From NCBI GenBank assembly GCA_965223345.1, contig CBDCWG010000012.1, positions 2,624,001-2,688,000 on the forward strand: a DNA stretch of 64,000 bases. Reading direction: 5' to 3'. Origin of the DNA: Nitrospinales bacterium (GTDB lineage: Bacteria > Nitrospinota > Nitrospinia > Nitrospinales > VA-1). A program made the translations under genes and the position numbers. Below, piece by piece: positions 53,062 to 62,528 of this stretch (positions are counted from its first letter, which is position 1; each line of letters begins with the position of its first letter). Below the pieces are notes generated by a model that saw only the letters and a program-made list of their open reading frames with translations, was not told where the DNA came from and searched no databases.

Positions 53062-54084
53062 TCAATCCCGGTAGGCGACGCCGTGCGTTTCCCCGTCGGT
53101 ATCGACCTTCTTCACGAGGCTGAGGTCGGCGGCGGAAACCACGGCCAGTTTGTTCTCATCGCGGATGGCGACGTAAACCGTTTTTCCGTCCGAGCTGATG
53201 GCCATCATGTCCGGACGCTGCCCCATCGGAGCGGTCTTGACGATTTTGCGGCTGGCGGTGTCGATCATGGCGATTTGGTTCAGCTTGCGCTGTCCGACGT
53301 AGACGGTCTTGCCGTCCGGGCCGTGCACCAGGCCGTGCGGTTCTCCCGGCACATCGATGGACGCTTCCACCGTTCCGGTCGCCGGGTCCATCAGCAACAG
53401 CTTGTCATCCTCCGGAGCGGTGAGCCAGAACAGGCTCCAGTCGTCGGTGGGTTTGATGGCCATGGCGGCCTTGGCGCCCGGCAGGGTCTGGGCCACCTGC
53501 CGCGTGTTCATGTCGATCACGGAGATGTTGGCGTCCCCGGCATTGACCACGTAGGCCTTGCGTCCTCCGGGAGAAAACACGGCGGTGATGGCTTTTTTGC
53601 CGGTGGGCATGGTGTGGACCGCCTGTTTCGACGCGATGTCGATGAAGGTCACGTTGCCCGCTCCGACATTGCAGGAGAGAGCGATCCTGCCATCGGGGGA
53701 CACCGCCACATCGTGGGCCTTGGTGTCCGCGGTGACGTCGGCCAGCTTCTCTTTCGTGACCGCGTCGATGATGGTGATGCTGCCGGGGCCCATGTTGGCG
53801 ATGAAGGCGAGTTTGCCGTCCGGGCTGAACGTGACGTTGTGCGCACCGGCTCCTGTGGGAATGGTCTTGACGACCTGATTGGAGCCGGTGTCGATGACCT
53901 GCACGTTGGCGCCTTTCATGTTGGCGACCCACACTTCACCGGCGCTGCTGGTATTCACAGGCAGCGTTGCGGCGAGCAGCACGACGGCGGCAAAAACAGC
54001 AGGGATGCGGCGCTCCCTGCGCTGCAAAGGGGTATTTCGTTTCGTCTCGATGAGACGGGTTGTTTTGAAACGATCCAGGCTCAT
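53062..54084 (-). CDS. YVTN/YncE beta-propeller exported protein
   Basis: About 7 repeats of VID..T..VV..IP.G...H....SPDG; GGAGG RBS. Confidence 0.88.
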   Translation of the reverse strand: MSLDRFKTTRLIETKRNTPLQRRERRIPAVFAAVVLLAATLPVNTSSAGEVWVANMKGANVQVIDTGSNQVVKTIPTGAGAHNVTFSPDGKLAFIANMGPGSITIIDAVTKEKLADVTADTKAHDVAVSPDGRIALSCNVGAGNVTFIDIASKQAVHTMPTGKKAITAVFSPGGRKAYVVNAGDANISVIDMNTRQVAQTLPGAKAAMAIKPTDDWSLFWLTAPEDDKLLLMDPATGTVEASIDVPGEPHGLVHGPDGKTVYVGQRKLNQIAMIDTASRKIVKTAPMGQRPDMMAISSDGKTVYVAIRDENKLAVVSAADLSLVKKVDTDGETHGVAYRD

Positions 54085-54290
54085 AGCGTGCCTCCAGGAA
54101 TAAGAGTGGATGTCGTGCAAACAGGCGGAAGGCGGCGCATCGGCGCGTGAAAATCGCTCTTGGCCGCGTGTTTCCGCCGGCTCCGGGCCGGATCGCCCGA
54201 ACGGCCTTTCTATCACTGCCGAATAGGGGGCGATTGAGCCATCGAACGAGGCTTTGGCTCAAACCGGCTCATGGGAGCTTTGCTGGAGGG

Positions 54291-54941
54291 TTATTTTACC
54301 ACGAACTGGGTGTAGGCGATGTCCTGTACCGTTCCGATCCCTGTGGTGAGCGAGGCGTTGGCGGCGATGAGGATCTCCTTTTTGATGCGTTCCTCGATCT
54401 GCCCCTTGCGCTGAAAATAGTCGCTGGGTTTTTTGCGGGCCAGGATGTTGTAGATGTCCTCGCGCAGGCTGGGCAGGACCTTGGTGATCTCTTCATCGAC
54501 ATCGGGGTTGCTCAGGATGAGGTTGGGGGTGACGGTGATGAAGCGCCCGAGCTCGCGGCCGTTGCTTTTGAGAGGCAGGAAAAAGGTCTTGAGAGGATAG
54601 ATGTGGACCTTGTCGAAATCCTTTTTGACCGTCACCACGGCGGGAGGTTCTTCCTTCTCGAGGGCTTCCTCGGGCGGGGCTTTGTCTTGCAGGAAAAAGA
54701 AAAAAACGCCGCCCGCCACCGCCAGCAGCAGAAACACACCGCCGCCGATGAGGATCCATTTCTTTTTGCCGGCAGGGGCGGTCTCCTCGGCGGGAGTCCC
54801 CTCCCCGCCTTCGTCCTCTGCGGGTTTTTCCGCCGCCTCCCCTTCTGCGGCTTCTTCGCCTCCTTCCTCGAGAAGCCGCTCGAGCTCGTCCGCTTCTTCC
54901 TGGGCGGCGGACTCTTCGTTTAATTCTTCATCCTGGGCCAT
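54291..54941 (-). CDS. fliL: Flagellar basal body-associated protein FliL
   Basis: Acidic N-terminus, KKKWIL-TM, P.LRE.I..IL..K, ends YTQFVVK. Confidence 0.8.
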   Translation of the reverse strand: MAQDEELNEESAAQEEADELERLLEEGGEEAAEGEAAEKPAEDEGGEGTPAEETAPAGKKKWILIGGGVFLLLAVAGGVFFFFLQDKAPPEEALEKEEPPAVVTVKKDFDKVHIYPLKTFFLPLKSNGRELGRFITVTPNLILSNPDVDEEITKVLPSLREDIYNILARKKPSDYFQRKGQIEERIKKEILIAANASLTTGIGTVQDIAYTQFVVK

Positions 54942-55004
54942 GCGTGTCTTTCTTTTCGGGATTGACGGGCAGCGAGTGGAGCGGCCGTTTGCGTGATTGC
55001 GGGA

Positions 55005-55622
55005 TCAGCCCGCGGAACGGTCGAGGGCTTTCAGCGCTGCAAACACGGATTGTGCGTTCGAGCGCAGCGTCTGCAAATCCGAACGGTTCTCAAGGACATA
55101 ATCGGCATATTTCGATTTTTCTTCATCGCTCATCTGGCTGCGCATGCGGGCGACGACTTCATCCCGGCTCAGCGCACTGCGGGCCACGACCCGCCGGATG
55201 CGGGTTTCCTCGTCACAGGTGATGACGATGACTTTGTCCATCTTAGTGTGGTTTCCCGATTCGATCAGCAGGGCGGCGTCCACGAACACCAGGGCTGCGG
55301 GATCGCGTTCGCGGATTCGGGTGTAGATTTTCTGTTCTTCCTCAAAGACCAGCGGGTGCAGGATGCCTTCAAGGATTTTCTTTTTGCCGGGATCGTGAAA
55401 CACGATGTGGGCGAGTTTGCCCCGGTCCAGCGTCTGGTCCTCCTGCAGGATCTGCGGGCCGAAGGCTTCGACGATCTTTTGCCAGCCGGGTTGCTGCGGG
55501 CGTTCCAGGTCTCTCACGATGGCATCGGCGTCGATCACGTGCCCGCCCCATTCCGTGAACAGGGCGGAGACGGTGCTTTTACCGGAACCGATGCTGCCGG
55601 TGAGACCCACTAGCAATGCCAC
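55005..55622 (-). CDS. coaE: Dephospho-CoA kinase
   Basis: VGLTGSIGSGKSTV, IDAD, LDRGKL, ILHP, LLIE. Confidence 0.95.
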   Translation of the reverse strand: MALLVGLTGSIGSGKSTVSALFTEWGGHVIDADAIVRDLERPQQPGWQKIVEAFGPQILQEDQTLDRGKLAHIVFHDPGKKKILEGILHPLVFEEEQKIYTRIRERDPAALVFVDAALLIESGNHTKMDKVIVITCDEETRIRRVVARSALSRDEVVARMRSQMSDEEKSKYADYVLENRSDLQTLRSNAQSVFAALKALDRSAG

Positions 55623-55658
55623 GCGGATGATCTCCTTATAGGGGTGAAGGCGTCGGGC

Positions 55659-56516
55659 TCAGCCCAGTTTTTCCAGGACCGCTTCGTGCAGCCGCATGAT
55701 CTTGCGGGTGATGGGGCCGGGTTGGCCGTCGCCCACGGCCTGCCCGTCCAGGCGGGTGACGGGAAGGACCTTTTTCAGGGTGCCGGTGAGAAACATCTCC
55801 TCGGCATTTTCCAGCACTTCCGCCGGCCATTTCCCCTCTTCCGCGGGGATGCCGTTCTCGCGGGCCAGCTCGAGCACGACTTCGCGCGTGATGCCGGCGA
55901 GGATGCCGCACTCGATGGACGGCGTGTGCAGGCGGCCCTGCTGCACAAAAAAGAAATTGCTGGTGGTGCTTTCGGTGAGAAAGCCCCAGGGGCTCAGCAT
56001 CAGAGCGTCCTTGGCGCCCAGTTTATTGGCTTCCATCTTGGCGAGCACGTTGTTGAGGTAGTTGCCGGTCTTGATGCCGGGGTTCAGCGCCTCGCGCGCA
56101 TTGCGCTTGATCGACACCACGGCGATCTCGATGCCCTTCTCGTAGTATTCGTCCGGGTAGGTTTTCTGATCGGTGACGTAGATCAGCACATTCGGTTGAC
56201 TGCACGAGGACGGGTCGATGTCGATGTCGCCCACGCCGCGGGTGACGACGATGCGGATGTACGACTCCGCGTTGCCCGTCGCCTTGAGGGTCTTGTCGAT
56301 CTCCCTGTGGAAACGCTCCGCATCGTACGGGATCTCCAGGGCGATGGCGGCGGCTGAATTCTGCAGGCGGCGCAGGTGGCGGTCGAGAAAACAGGGTTTG
56401 CCGTTGCGGGTGCACACCACTTCGTAGACGCTGTCGCCGAACAGGAAACCGTGGTCGTACACGGAGATGTGCGGGTCTTCCTCGATATTGCCGTTGAAAT
56501 TGATTTTTGTGGTCAT
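55659..56516 (-). CDS. PLP class IV aminotransferase (IlvE/Dat-like)
   Basis: DHGFLFGDSVYE, IKTGNYL, ESTTSN, LAGITR. Confidence 0.9.
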   Translation of the reverse strand: MTTKINFNGNIEEDPHISVYDHGFLFGDSVYEVVCTRNGKPCFLDRHLRRLQNSAAAIALEIPYDAERFHREIDKTLKATGNAESYIRIVVTRGVGDIDIDPSSCSQPNVLIYVTDQKTYPDEYYEKGIEIAVVSIKRNAREALNPGIKTGNYLNNVLAKMEANKLGAKDALMLSPWGFLTESTTSNFFFVQQGRLHTPSIECGILAGITREVVLELARENGIPAEEGKWPAEVLENAEEMFLTGTLKKVLPVTRLDGQAVGDGQPGPITRKIMRLHEAVLEKLG

Positions 56517-56674
56517 CGATTGTGAGTGCGGGCCGATACCCATCCGGCACAAGCGGATCGGCAAAGGCTCTGAGATGTGATCCGGGAAGGAAAGGCGAAT
56601 GTTCTTGAAAAGGTTTCAAAACCGGCAAAATTCACAAGGTTGCCGGGAAATCTCAAGCCCTTCGGGAGGGGTTC

Positions 56675-57364
56675 TCAATTTTTGTCGAGAGACAACAGGA
56701 TTTCGTTCAACTTTTTCCTTTCGTCCGGCGTGTGGCTATCCTGCGGGACGCCCTGTAATTCGAGATTCTCTTCATCGTCGCCCTGTTTGTGACCGTCGGG
56801 ATCGACATCCTGGGCCAGATTGCCGACTCCTTTGAGCTTGTCGAATTTTTTGCGGATGCCGTCGATGTCGAACTCGGGAATTTTGTCCACGTAATCCTCG
56901 GCGTTCACCGTCTCGGCCACCGCCTCGGACACTTTATACAGGTGCGGGGCGATGGCGCTGTCCTGCAATACCTTGCCGTGCAGGTCGGGGAAAAACTTCA
57001 GCGGGAACATCAGGATGATGAGGATCAGCACGCCTTTGATCACCCCGAGCGCGCCGCCCATCATGCGGTCCAGGCCCGACAGTCCGGACGAGGAATGCAC
57101 CAGTTTTTTCACGCCTTTGCCGATCAGGGAAATCCCCACCACCGCCGCCAGGAACACGACGACGAACCCGACCATTTCCGCGACGGCGGCGCTGGGCAGG
57201 ACTTTGTGCAGGCTTTCGGCCACCTCGCCGCGGAACTTGACGGCGAGGAGGTACCCGCCCACATAGGCGAGCAGCGAGAAAATTTCCCGCACCATGCCGC
57301 GGATGACGGAATAGATCAGGCTGATTCCCAGAACGATGATGAAAAATGTGTCCAGCAGGCTCAT
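56675..57364 (-). CDS. cvpA: CvpA family membrane protein
   Basis: LD......S....RGMVREIFSL, GLSGLDRMMGGALG..KG. Confidence 0.88.
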   Translation of the reverse strand: MSLLDTFFIIVLGISLIYSVIRGMVREIFSLLAYVGGYLLAVKFRGEVAESLHKVLPSAAVAEMVGFVVVFLAAVVGISLIGKGVKKLVHSSSGLSGLDRMMGGALGVIKGVLILIILMFPLKFFPDLHGKVLQDSAIAPHLYKVSEAVAETVNAEDYVDKIPEFDIDGIRKKFDKLKGVGNLAQDVDPDGHKQGDDEENLELQGVPQDSHTPDERKKLNEILLSLDKN

Positions 57365-57405
57365 ACAGGCGAAAACCCTTTCGATATCATGCGTTTTAAG
57401 TTATT

Positions 57406-59835
57406 TCAATCGAAGGAAATAGTCAATATCTCTTTTATTTGTTTGACTTTCTGGTTCACCTCGCCGCCGCCGTACAGGGCGAGGTATATGACGTGGTTTC
57501 TCAGGATTTTCTGCACGTAATTGCGGGTTTCGTTGTAGGGAATGCTCTCCATGAACTCCACGGGGTTGAGGTCGCCGCGTATGCGAACCCATTGTTTCAC
57601 CTTGTTGGGACCGGCGTTGTAGCCCGCCAGCGTGTAGACGATGTTCTGGTCGAAGCGGGTCCACAGGTCGTTGAGGTAATCGACCCCCAGGCGGATGTTG
57701 GTCTCCGGATCTTTCAGGTGATCGAGGGTGGGGATCTCCTGCTTGAGGGAGCGGGCCACCTGCGCGGCGGTGCGCGGCATCAACTGCATCAGCCCCACGG
57801 CGTTGGCGGGTGAGGTGACTTCCCGGTTGAAGGCGCTTTCCTGCCGCATCAGCGCCAGCACCAGAAAGGGATCGAGCGGGTAATCCTTCAGGGTGCTGTT
57901 GAGCGGCTCGATGTAGGCCTTGGGAAACAGGACCTCCGCCAGCGACCGGGACAGGCTGCCGTTGTTGCCGTTGCCGGCGATCTCCCAGGAAAGGCGGATC
58001 GAGTCCTGATAGTTTCTGCCCATGTGGAACAGCTTGGCCAGGTAGAACAGAAACGGCTGGTTTTCCCGCCGCACGGAAATGCGGTCCAGCTCCTCGACGC
58101 CCTGATCGAGAAAGCCGACGGCGATCAGCTTTTCGGCGCGGGTCAGCCGCTTGCGGTCGATGTCGCCCAGTCCCAGGTAGCGGGAGGCGATTTTTTGCGA
58201 CGGCTTGCCCATGACGTAGTTGCGGATCTCCAGGCCGGGATCCTTGTGGCTGTAGATGGCGTAAAAGTTGAACGGGTATTTCTCGGTGAGCGTGTCCACC
58301 CAGTGCCGCATCTTGTCGCGGTTGCCGGCTTCTTTTTCGGTCTGGGCCAACCAGAACAGGGTGGCGGCTTTTTGCGAGCCGTTCTGCGGGTAGGACGCGT
58401 CCAGCCGCCGGAAGGCGTCGCTGGAATAGAACTTCCACAGTTTTTCAAAGTTGGCGGCGGCGGCGCTCAGATCCTTCTGCAGCCGTTCGATCCAGGGGAT
58501 CTTGAACATCGTGGCGGTGGTGTAGGGGCCGTAATCGTACTGCTCCATGAGCTGGCGGTAGAACTCCAGGGAGTCGCTGTAGCGCTTTTTGTCCTCGAAG
58601 ATGCGGCCGAGAAAAAAAAGCGCCTTGTGGCAGGCCCGGGTCTCCAGGGGATGCTGTTTGAGGATTTTCTGGTAGAACAGCGCCGCCTGGTCGGAGCGGC
58701 CCGACGACCACAGCGAGTAGGCCAGGTTGTTGAGCCGCTTGGCCGGATACAGGTCGGTGATCTTGTGCAGCGTCGCGTTGAGGGTGTGTTTCTTGAGATA
58801 CGGCACGATGATGCGGTCGATGCTTTCGATGACGCCGTGCGCCTCCTGGATGCCGGGATAGTAGGTCAGCACTTCCAGACCCAGCTTCAGGCTTTTCATG
58901 GGGTTGTTTTTTTTCAGCGACCGGTAGAATTTCCGCACCGTTTCGTTTTCATAAGTGAGCTCCTTGGGTTTGCGGGCGATCGGTTTGGGAGCCAGGGGCG
59001 GCGGCTCGCCGGATTCAGGGCTGCCGGGGGGCGCGAGTGCGGCGAGGATGGTTTTTTGCTCTTTGAGGTCTTTCGCGTGCTTGTCCAAAAATTCATCGGC
59101 CGCTTCCCGCACTTCGTCCGGGTGGGACTTGGCGAGCAGGGACGCATAGATGTCGGCGGCGGTGGCGATTTCCCCGGCCGCTGCATAGGTTTTGGCGAGC
59201 GACAGGTGCACCCGCTGTTTGTGCTCGCGGTTGTCGGGGAATTCCCGCATCAGCGAGCGGCGGTAGGCTCTCCAGGCGGCCTTGTAGTTTTTCAGCAGGC
59301 TGTGCGCGTCGCCCTGCAGCTCTTCGATCTCGGCGAGGTCCTGCGCCAGCTGCTTGTAGAATGGACTTTCCGGATAGGATTTGAACATGTGCAGGCGGAT
59401 GCGCTCGGACTGCACGAAGTGCTCGACCGCCTGGGCGTATTTTTCCTCTTCCAGTTTCAGTATGCCCAGTTCCTTATAGGCGTGCGCCAGAAAATGCCGC
59501 CTGAAATCCTCGAGGATGAAGTTGCCGAAGATGTTTTTTTTCAGGTAGCGGATCGCATCGGCGTATTCCCCGCTCTGCACGTGCATGTAGCCGATGGCGA
59601 GAGCCAGCAGGTTTTTCTCCTCACGGGACGCGGCGGATTTGCGCGCGGTCTCGTAGTTTTCGATCCAGCGCGGCAGGTCCTCTTCTTCGAGGCCGCCCAA
59701 ATCCACGATCTTGCCGTCAAGCAGCGGCAGCGGAGCCGGAAAGGGTTTGTGGGTGTTGAAAATATCCAGATTCTTCGCCGCGGCGGTGCTGAAGAGGATG
59801 GCGGTCAGGAGTAGAACGCGGAGGAGGATTTTCAT
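57406..59835 (-). CDS. Slt70-like soluble lytic transglycosylase with TPR superhelix
   Basis: ALMRQESAF, GLMQLMP, YNAGP, IPYNETRNYV. Confidence 0.92.
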   Translation of the reverse strand: MKILLRVLLLTAILFSTAAAKNLDIFNTHKPFPAPLPLLDGKIVDLGGLEEEDLPRWIENYETARKSAASREEKNLLALAIGYMHVQSGEYADAIRYLKKNIFGNFILEDFRRHFLAHAYKELGILKLEEEKYAQAVEHFVQSERIRLHMFKSYPESPFYKQLAQDLAEIEELQGDAHSLLKNYKAAWRAYRRSLMREFPDNREHKQRVHLSLAKTYAAAGEIATAADIYASLLAKSHPDEVREAADEFLDKHAKDLKEQKTILAALAPPGSPESGEPPPLAPKPIARKPKELTYENETVRKFYRSLKKNNPMKSLKLGLEVLTYYPGIQEAHGVIESIDRIIVPYLKKHTLNATLHKITDLYPAKRLNNLAYSLWSSGRSDQAALFYQKILKQHPLETRACHKALFFLGRIFEDKKRYSDSLEFYRQLMEQYDYGPYTTATMFKIPWIERLQKDLSAAAANFEKLWKFYSSDAFRRLDASYPQNGSQKAATLFWLAQTEKEAGNRDKMRHWVDTLTEKYPFNFYAIYSHKDPGLEIRNYVMGKPSQKIASRYLGLGDIDRKRLTRAEKLIAVGFLDQGVEELDRISVRRENQPFLFYLAKLFHMGRNYQDSIRLSWEIAGNGNNGSLSRSLAEVLFPKAYIEPLNSTLKDYPLDPFLVLALMRQESAFNREVTSPANAVGLMQLMPRTAAQVARSLKQEIPTLDHLKDPETNIRLGVDYLNDLWTRFDQNIVYTLAGYNAGPNKVKQWVRIRGDLNPVEFMESIPYNETRNYVQKILRNHVIYLALYGGGEVNQKVKQIKEILTISFD

Positions 59836-60114
59836 GAAAGACGGGAGTCTGGGAATCGTTGCGATTGCAGCCCGCAAAGACCGCCGGGCCTGGACGCGGT
59901 TCATCCCTCTGGGTGGGTCCGTCTGGGCATGCGGTGCCGCCGGTGAAGCACCGGCAGGCACGGGGATTGTGGACCCGGTCAAAGGATTTGGCACCTTATA
60001 AATCCGGACCTTGACCCGAGGCGATGTCCATTTTATCGCAAGGAAAAGAAAAAAACCAGAAATTGAATGGGTTCTTTTTAGCAGGTGTGTCCGCCGCGAA
60101 CGAGCGGCAAACGC

Positions 60115-60639
60115 TTACGGTTTTTTGCCGAGGCTGCGGCTCAGGTGCACGATGTAATCGTCGTCCGCCTGCGGTTTCGCACTGGTTTCCGGCTGCCGCA
60201 GTTTGATCTGCGGCGCGGAGGCGTGTGCGGGTCCGGCTTCCAGGGTGCTGGCGGGACCGACGATGACTTCTTCACCGACGTTCCACTGGGATTTTGCCGC
60301 CGGGTCCTTTTCGATGGCGATGATGACGATTTCGTGGGTCTGGGAGTTCCAGCGCGACTGCGGCATGCGGTTGTTCATCTGCCGCCGCTCCTGCCCTTCC
60401 TTGCGTTCCCGCTGCTGCTTGGGATGCACGGCGTCGCTGACGGCGGACTGGGCGCGGCGGTCGCCGCTGCGCAGATCGCCGTTGCGCAGGATGATGCCTT
60501 TGCGCTTCTGCAGGTGTTTCTGGAAGCTGGGCGCCGGTGCGCTGCCCGCAACGCGGTAGGACGGCTTCGTCGAAACAATCCGATCCACGGATTTATCCGG
60601 CTCGGTGGTTTTGTTTCTATCAATACCGGCGACCAACAT
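60115..60639 (-). CDS. Hypothetical protein, candidate sigma28 regulon member
   Basis: 174 aa, AGGAG RBS, low-complexity sequence. Confidence 0.7.
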   Translation of the reverse strand: MLVAGIDRNKTTEPDKSVDRIVSTKPSYRVAGSAPAPSFQKHLQKRKGIILRNGDLRSGDRRAQSAVSDAVHPKQQRERKEGQERRQMNNRMPQSRWNSQTHEIVIIAIEKDPAAKSQWNVGEEVIVGPASTLEAGPAHASAPQIKLRQPETSAKPQADDDYIVHLSRSLGKKP

Positions 60640-60699
60640 GACAGAACTCCTAAACCAAAATATGAGTTTGGGGCAGAAGTAATTTTACAGGATATCTTC

Positions 60700-60727
60700 G
60701 TATCGGCAAGCCTTAATCGAATCTTGA
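60700..60727 (-). promoter_or_regulatory. Candidate sigma28 (FliA) promoter
   Basis: TCAAG-N15-GCCGATAC, 60 bp upstream of ATG 60639. Confidence 0.55.
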
Positions 60728-60736
60728 GGGTTTTTT

Positions 60737-61282
60737 TTATTTTTTTTGCCCGGATCCGCGTTTTTGAGACAAGTAGTGGAAAAACAACAGCTTGAAAGTT
60801 GAGGTGAAGGGGTGGGTCTGTTCGGCGAGGGCGGTCTCGATGGCATCGGGATGCCAATAGCGGCCTTCGCTGATCTCCTGCGGGTCGAGGGTGAGTTTCT
60901 GGCAGGTCGTGCAGGTGTAGGCGGTCACGTGCTCGCCGAAGGTGGCGTCGCAGGCGGCAATGCGGGTGAAGGGCGTCAACGCCTCGCGGATGCCCAGCTC
61001 CTCCATCAGTTCGCGCTGCGCTGCGGCGGGGTAGTCCTCGCCCGCATCGACGTGGCCCGCCGAGGAGGAATCCCAGTAACCGGGGTTTTCGTCTTTGGTT
61101 TCGGCGCGCTTTTGCAAAAACAGGTTGCCCTGCGGGTCGAACACGAACGTGTGGACCGAACGGTGCAGCAGGGCGCGCGCGTGGATCTCCCTGCGCGTGG
61201 CCTGACCGATCACCCGGTCTTCGGCATCGACCACATCGTAGATCTCTTCTTCCGGGTTCATCCGGCCCTCCCCTGTTTTCAT
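60737..61282 (-). CDS. NUDIX hydrolase (IDI/YfcD-like)
   Basis: LHRSVH, LFLQKR, AGHVDAGEDY...RELMEELGI. Confidence 0.9.
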   Translation of the reverse strand: MKTGEGRMNPEEEIYDVVDAEDRVIGQATRREIHARALLHRSVHTFVFDPQGNLFLQKRAETKDENPGYWDSSSAGHVDAGEDYPAAAQRELMEELGIREALTPFTRIAACDATFGEHVTAYTCTTCQKLTLDPQEISEGRYWHPDAIETALAEQTHPFTSTFKLLFFHYLSQKRGSGQKK

Positions 61283-61317
61283 TTATTGCATCATAGCACG
61301 GGGGCCGGACGGCGGCG

Positions 61318-61620
61318 CTATTTGTAGCGCATCGTGTTGGCGAAGCCAGCGCTGTACACCCAGTAAGGCCAGTCGTAGTGCGTGGGGAACAGGCGCGGCA
61401 GCAGGGGTTTCTTCTCTTCAGGGGTCAGTGTGGTGAAGAAATGGGGTTCCGGCTGGGGAGGCGCCTGCGTGGCCAGCCATTCGGCGTTGTCCGGACCTTT
61501 GAAAAAACCGTTGTCCGCGGACAGAGCGGTTTCATGCGCCGTGTTGGCCTGGTGACCCGGCGTGGTGTGAAGTGAGCAGGCTGTCAGAGCCAGCAGGAAA
61601 AAAGGCGCAATCCATCGCAT
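61318..61620 (-). CDS. Small hypothetical lipoprotein
   Basis: MRWIAPFFLLALTAC lipobox; GGAGG RBS. Confidence 0.7.
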   Translation of the reverse strand: MRWIAPFFLLALTACSLHTTPGHQANTAHETALSADNGFFKGPDNAEWLATQAPPQPEPHFFTTLTPEEKKPLLPRLFPTHYDWPYWVYSAGFANTMRYK

Positions 61621-61808
61621 GATCCCATCCTCCAATAGAATCGACTCCCCCGCTCCTCCGGCACTCAATGGTAAACCTCGAGCTTACTATGGAATTCTTG
61701 CGTGCACAATCGCTAAATGCTGTGGTTTAAAGCTCTTCCGATGACGGAAGCGTCGCCTCGGAGGGGACGGCGGGTTGCGGAAGACTGTGCGGGAAATGTG
61801 GACGGCGA

Positions 61809-62261
61809 TCAGATTCCCGGCTGCTTGAAGCGGAATCCCATCGGCGCTTTCGGGCGTTCGTACTCGTAGCCGTTGAGGAACAGCTTGACCGGTTTTTCCA
61901 TTCCCGGATAGGTGACCTCGAAAATATCCAGAAGGCCGGTGGCCTGTTCCCCGCCGGAAAAATTGCCGACGTGTTTGTTGGTGGTCTTGAACGGGCAGCA
62001 GGCGCGGTTGCGTTTGAAATACAGCCGTTGCCCTTTCGGGCCGGTCAGCATTTTCAGGTACAGGTATTCGTTGCGCGCGCCCACCTTGCCGTAGCCGCCA
62101 ACTTTGATCGGGTTGTCGATCGTGAAGCCGTACGTGGGGTCGTCGGAGACCTGGTTGAGATCGGCGGCGAAGCGCTCGCTGCCGCCGGGCTCAGAGGCGA
62201 CCGGTTGAACAATTCCCAGGCTGAGCGTGAGGGATACGATGATCAACAGTGCTTTTTTCAT
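61809..62261 (-). CDS. Hypothetical exported protein
   Basis: Signal peptide; YGFTIDNPIKVGG, GPKG, CCPF, GLLD, P.APMGF; GGAG RBS. Confidence 0.8.
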   Translation of the reverse strand: MKKALLIIVSLTLSLGIVQPVASEPGGSERFAADLNQVSDDPTYGFTIDNPIKVGGYGKVGARNEYLYLKMLTGPKGQRLYFKRNRACCPFKTTNKHVGNFSGGEQATGLLDIFEVTYPGMEKPVKLFLNGYEYERPKAPMGFRFKQPGI

Positions 62262-62316
62262 GGTTCTCCCGTTGCAGAATGTTCATCCATGCGATGTCAT
62301 GTCGCATCGAACTAAA

Positions 62317-62333
62317 AGCAACGCGCATGCCAA
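62317..62333 (-). promoter_or_regulatory. Sigma54 (-24/-12) promoter
   Basis: Minus strand TTGGCATGCGCGTTGCT, 16/17 identical to 8636-8652 site. Confidence 0.7.
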
Positions 62334-62528
62334 AAAACGGGAGTATGAAAAAAGGCGGTTTAAACCGGCGTCGCGGCAACGCAACGCGTTTTGCGTATGA
62401 CGGATCAGACGGGAGGGACAATTTTGGGGTGTCGTGGCGACCGGGCGCGGCGGGATGTGGGCCAGCGGGCGGTTTTTCAGGACCGGTGCGTTTTCAGGCT
62501 GGTGAGACGTAGCCCGAGCGTGCGCGGG

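Noticed and set aside
54085..54290. Possible riboswitch in the long leader of the YVTN gene
   Set aside because: GC-rich stems possible but no known riboswitch consensus recognised
60737..61282. Calling the NUDIX gene idi
   Set aside because: The catalytic Cys motif of type 1 IDI is replaced by WDSSSAGH; left as generic NUDIX
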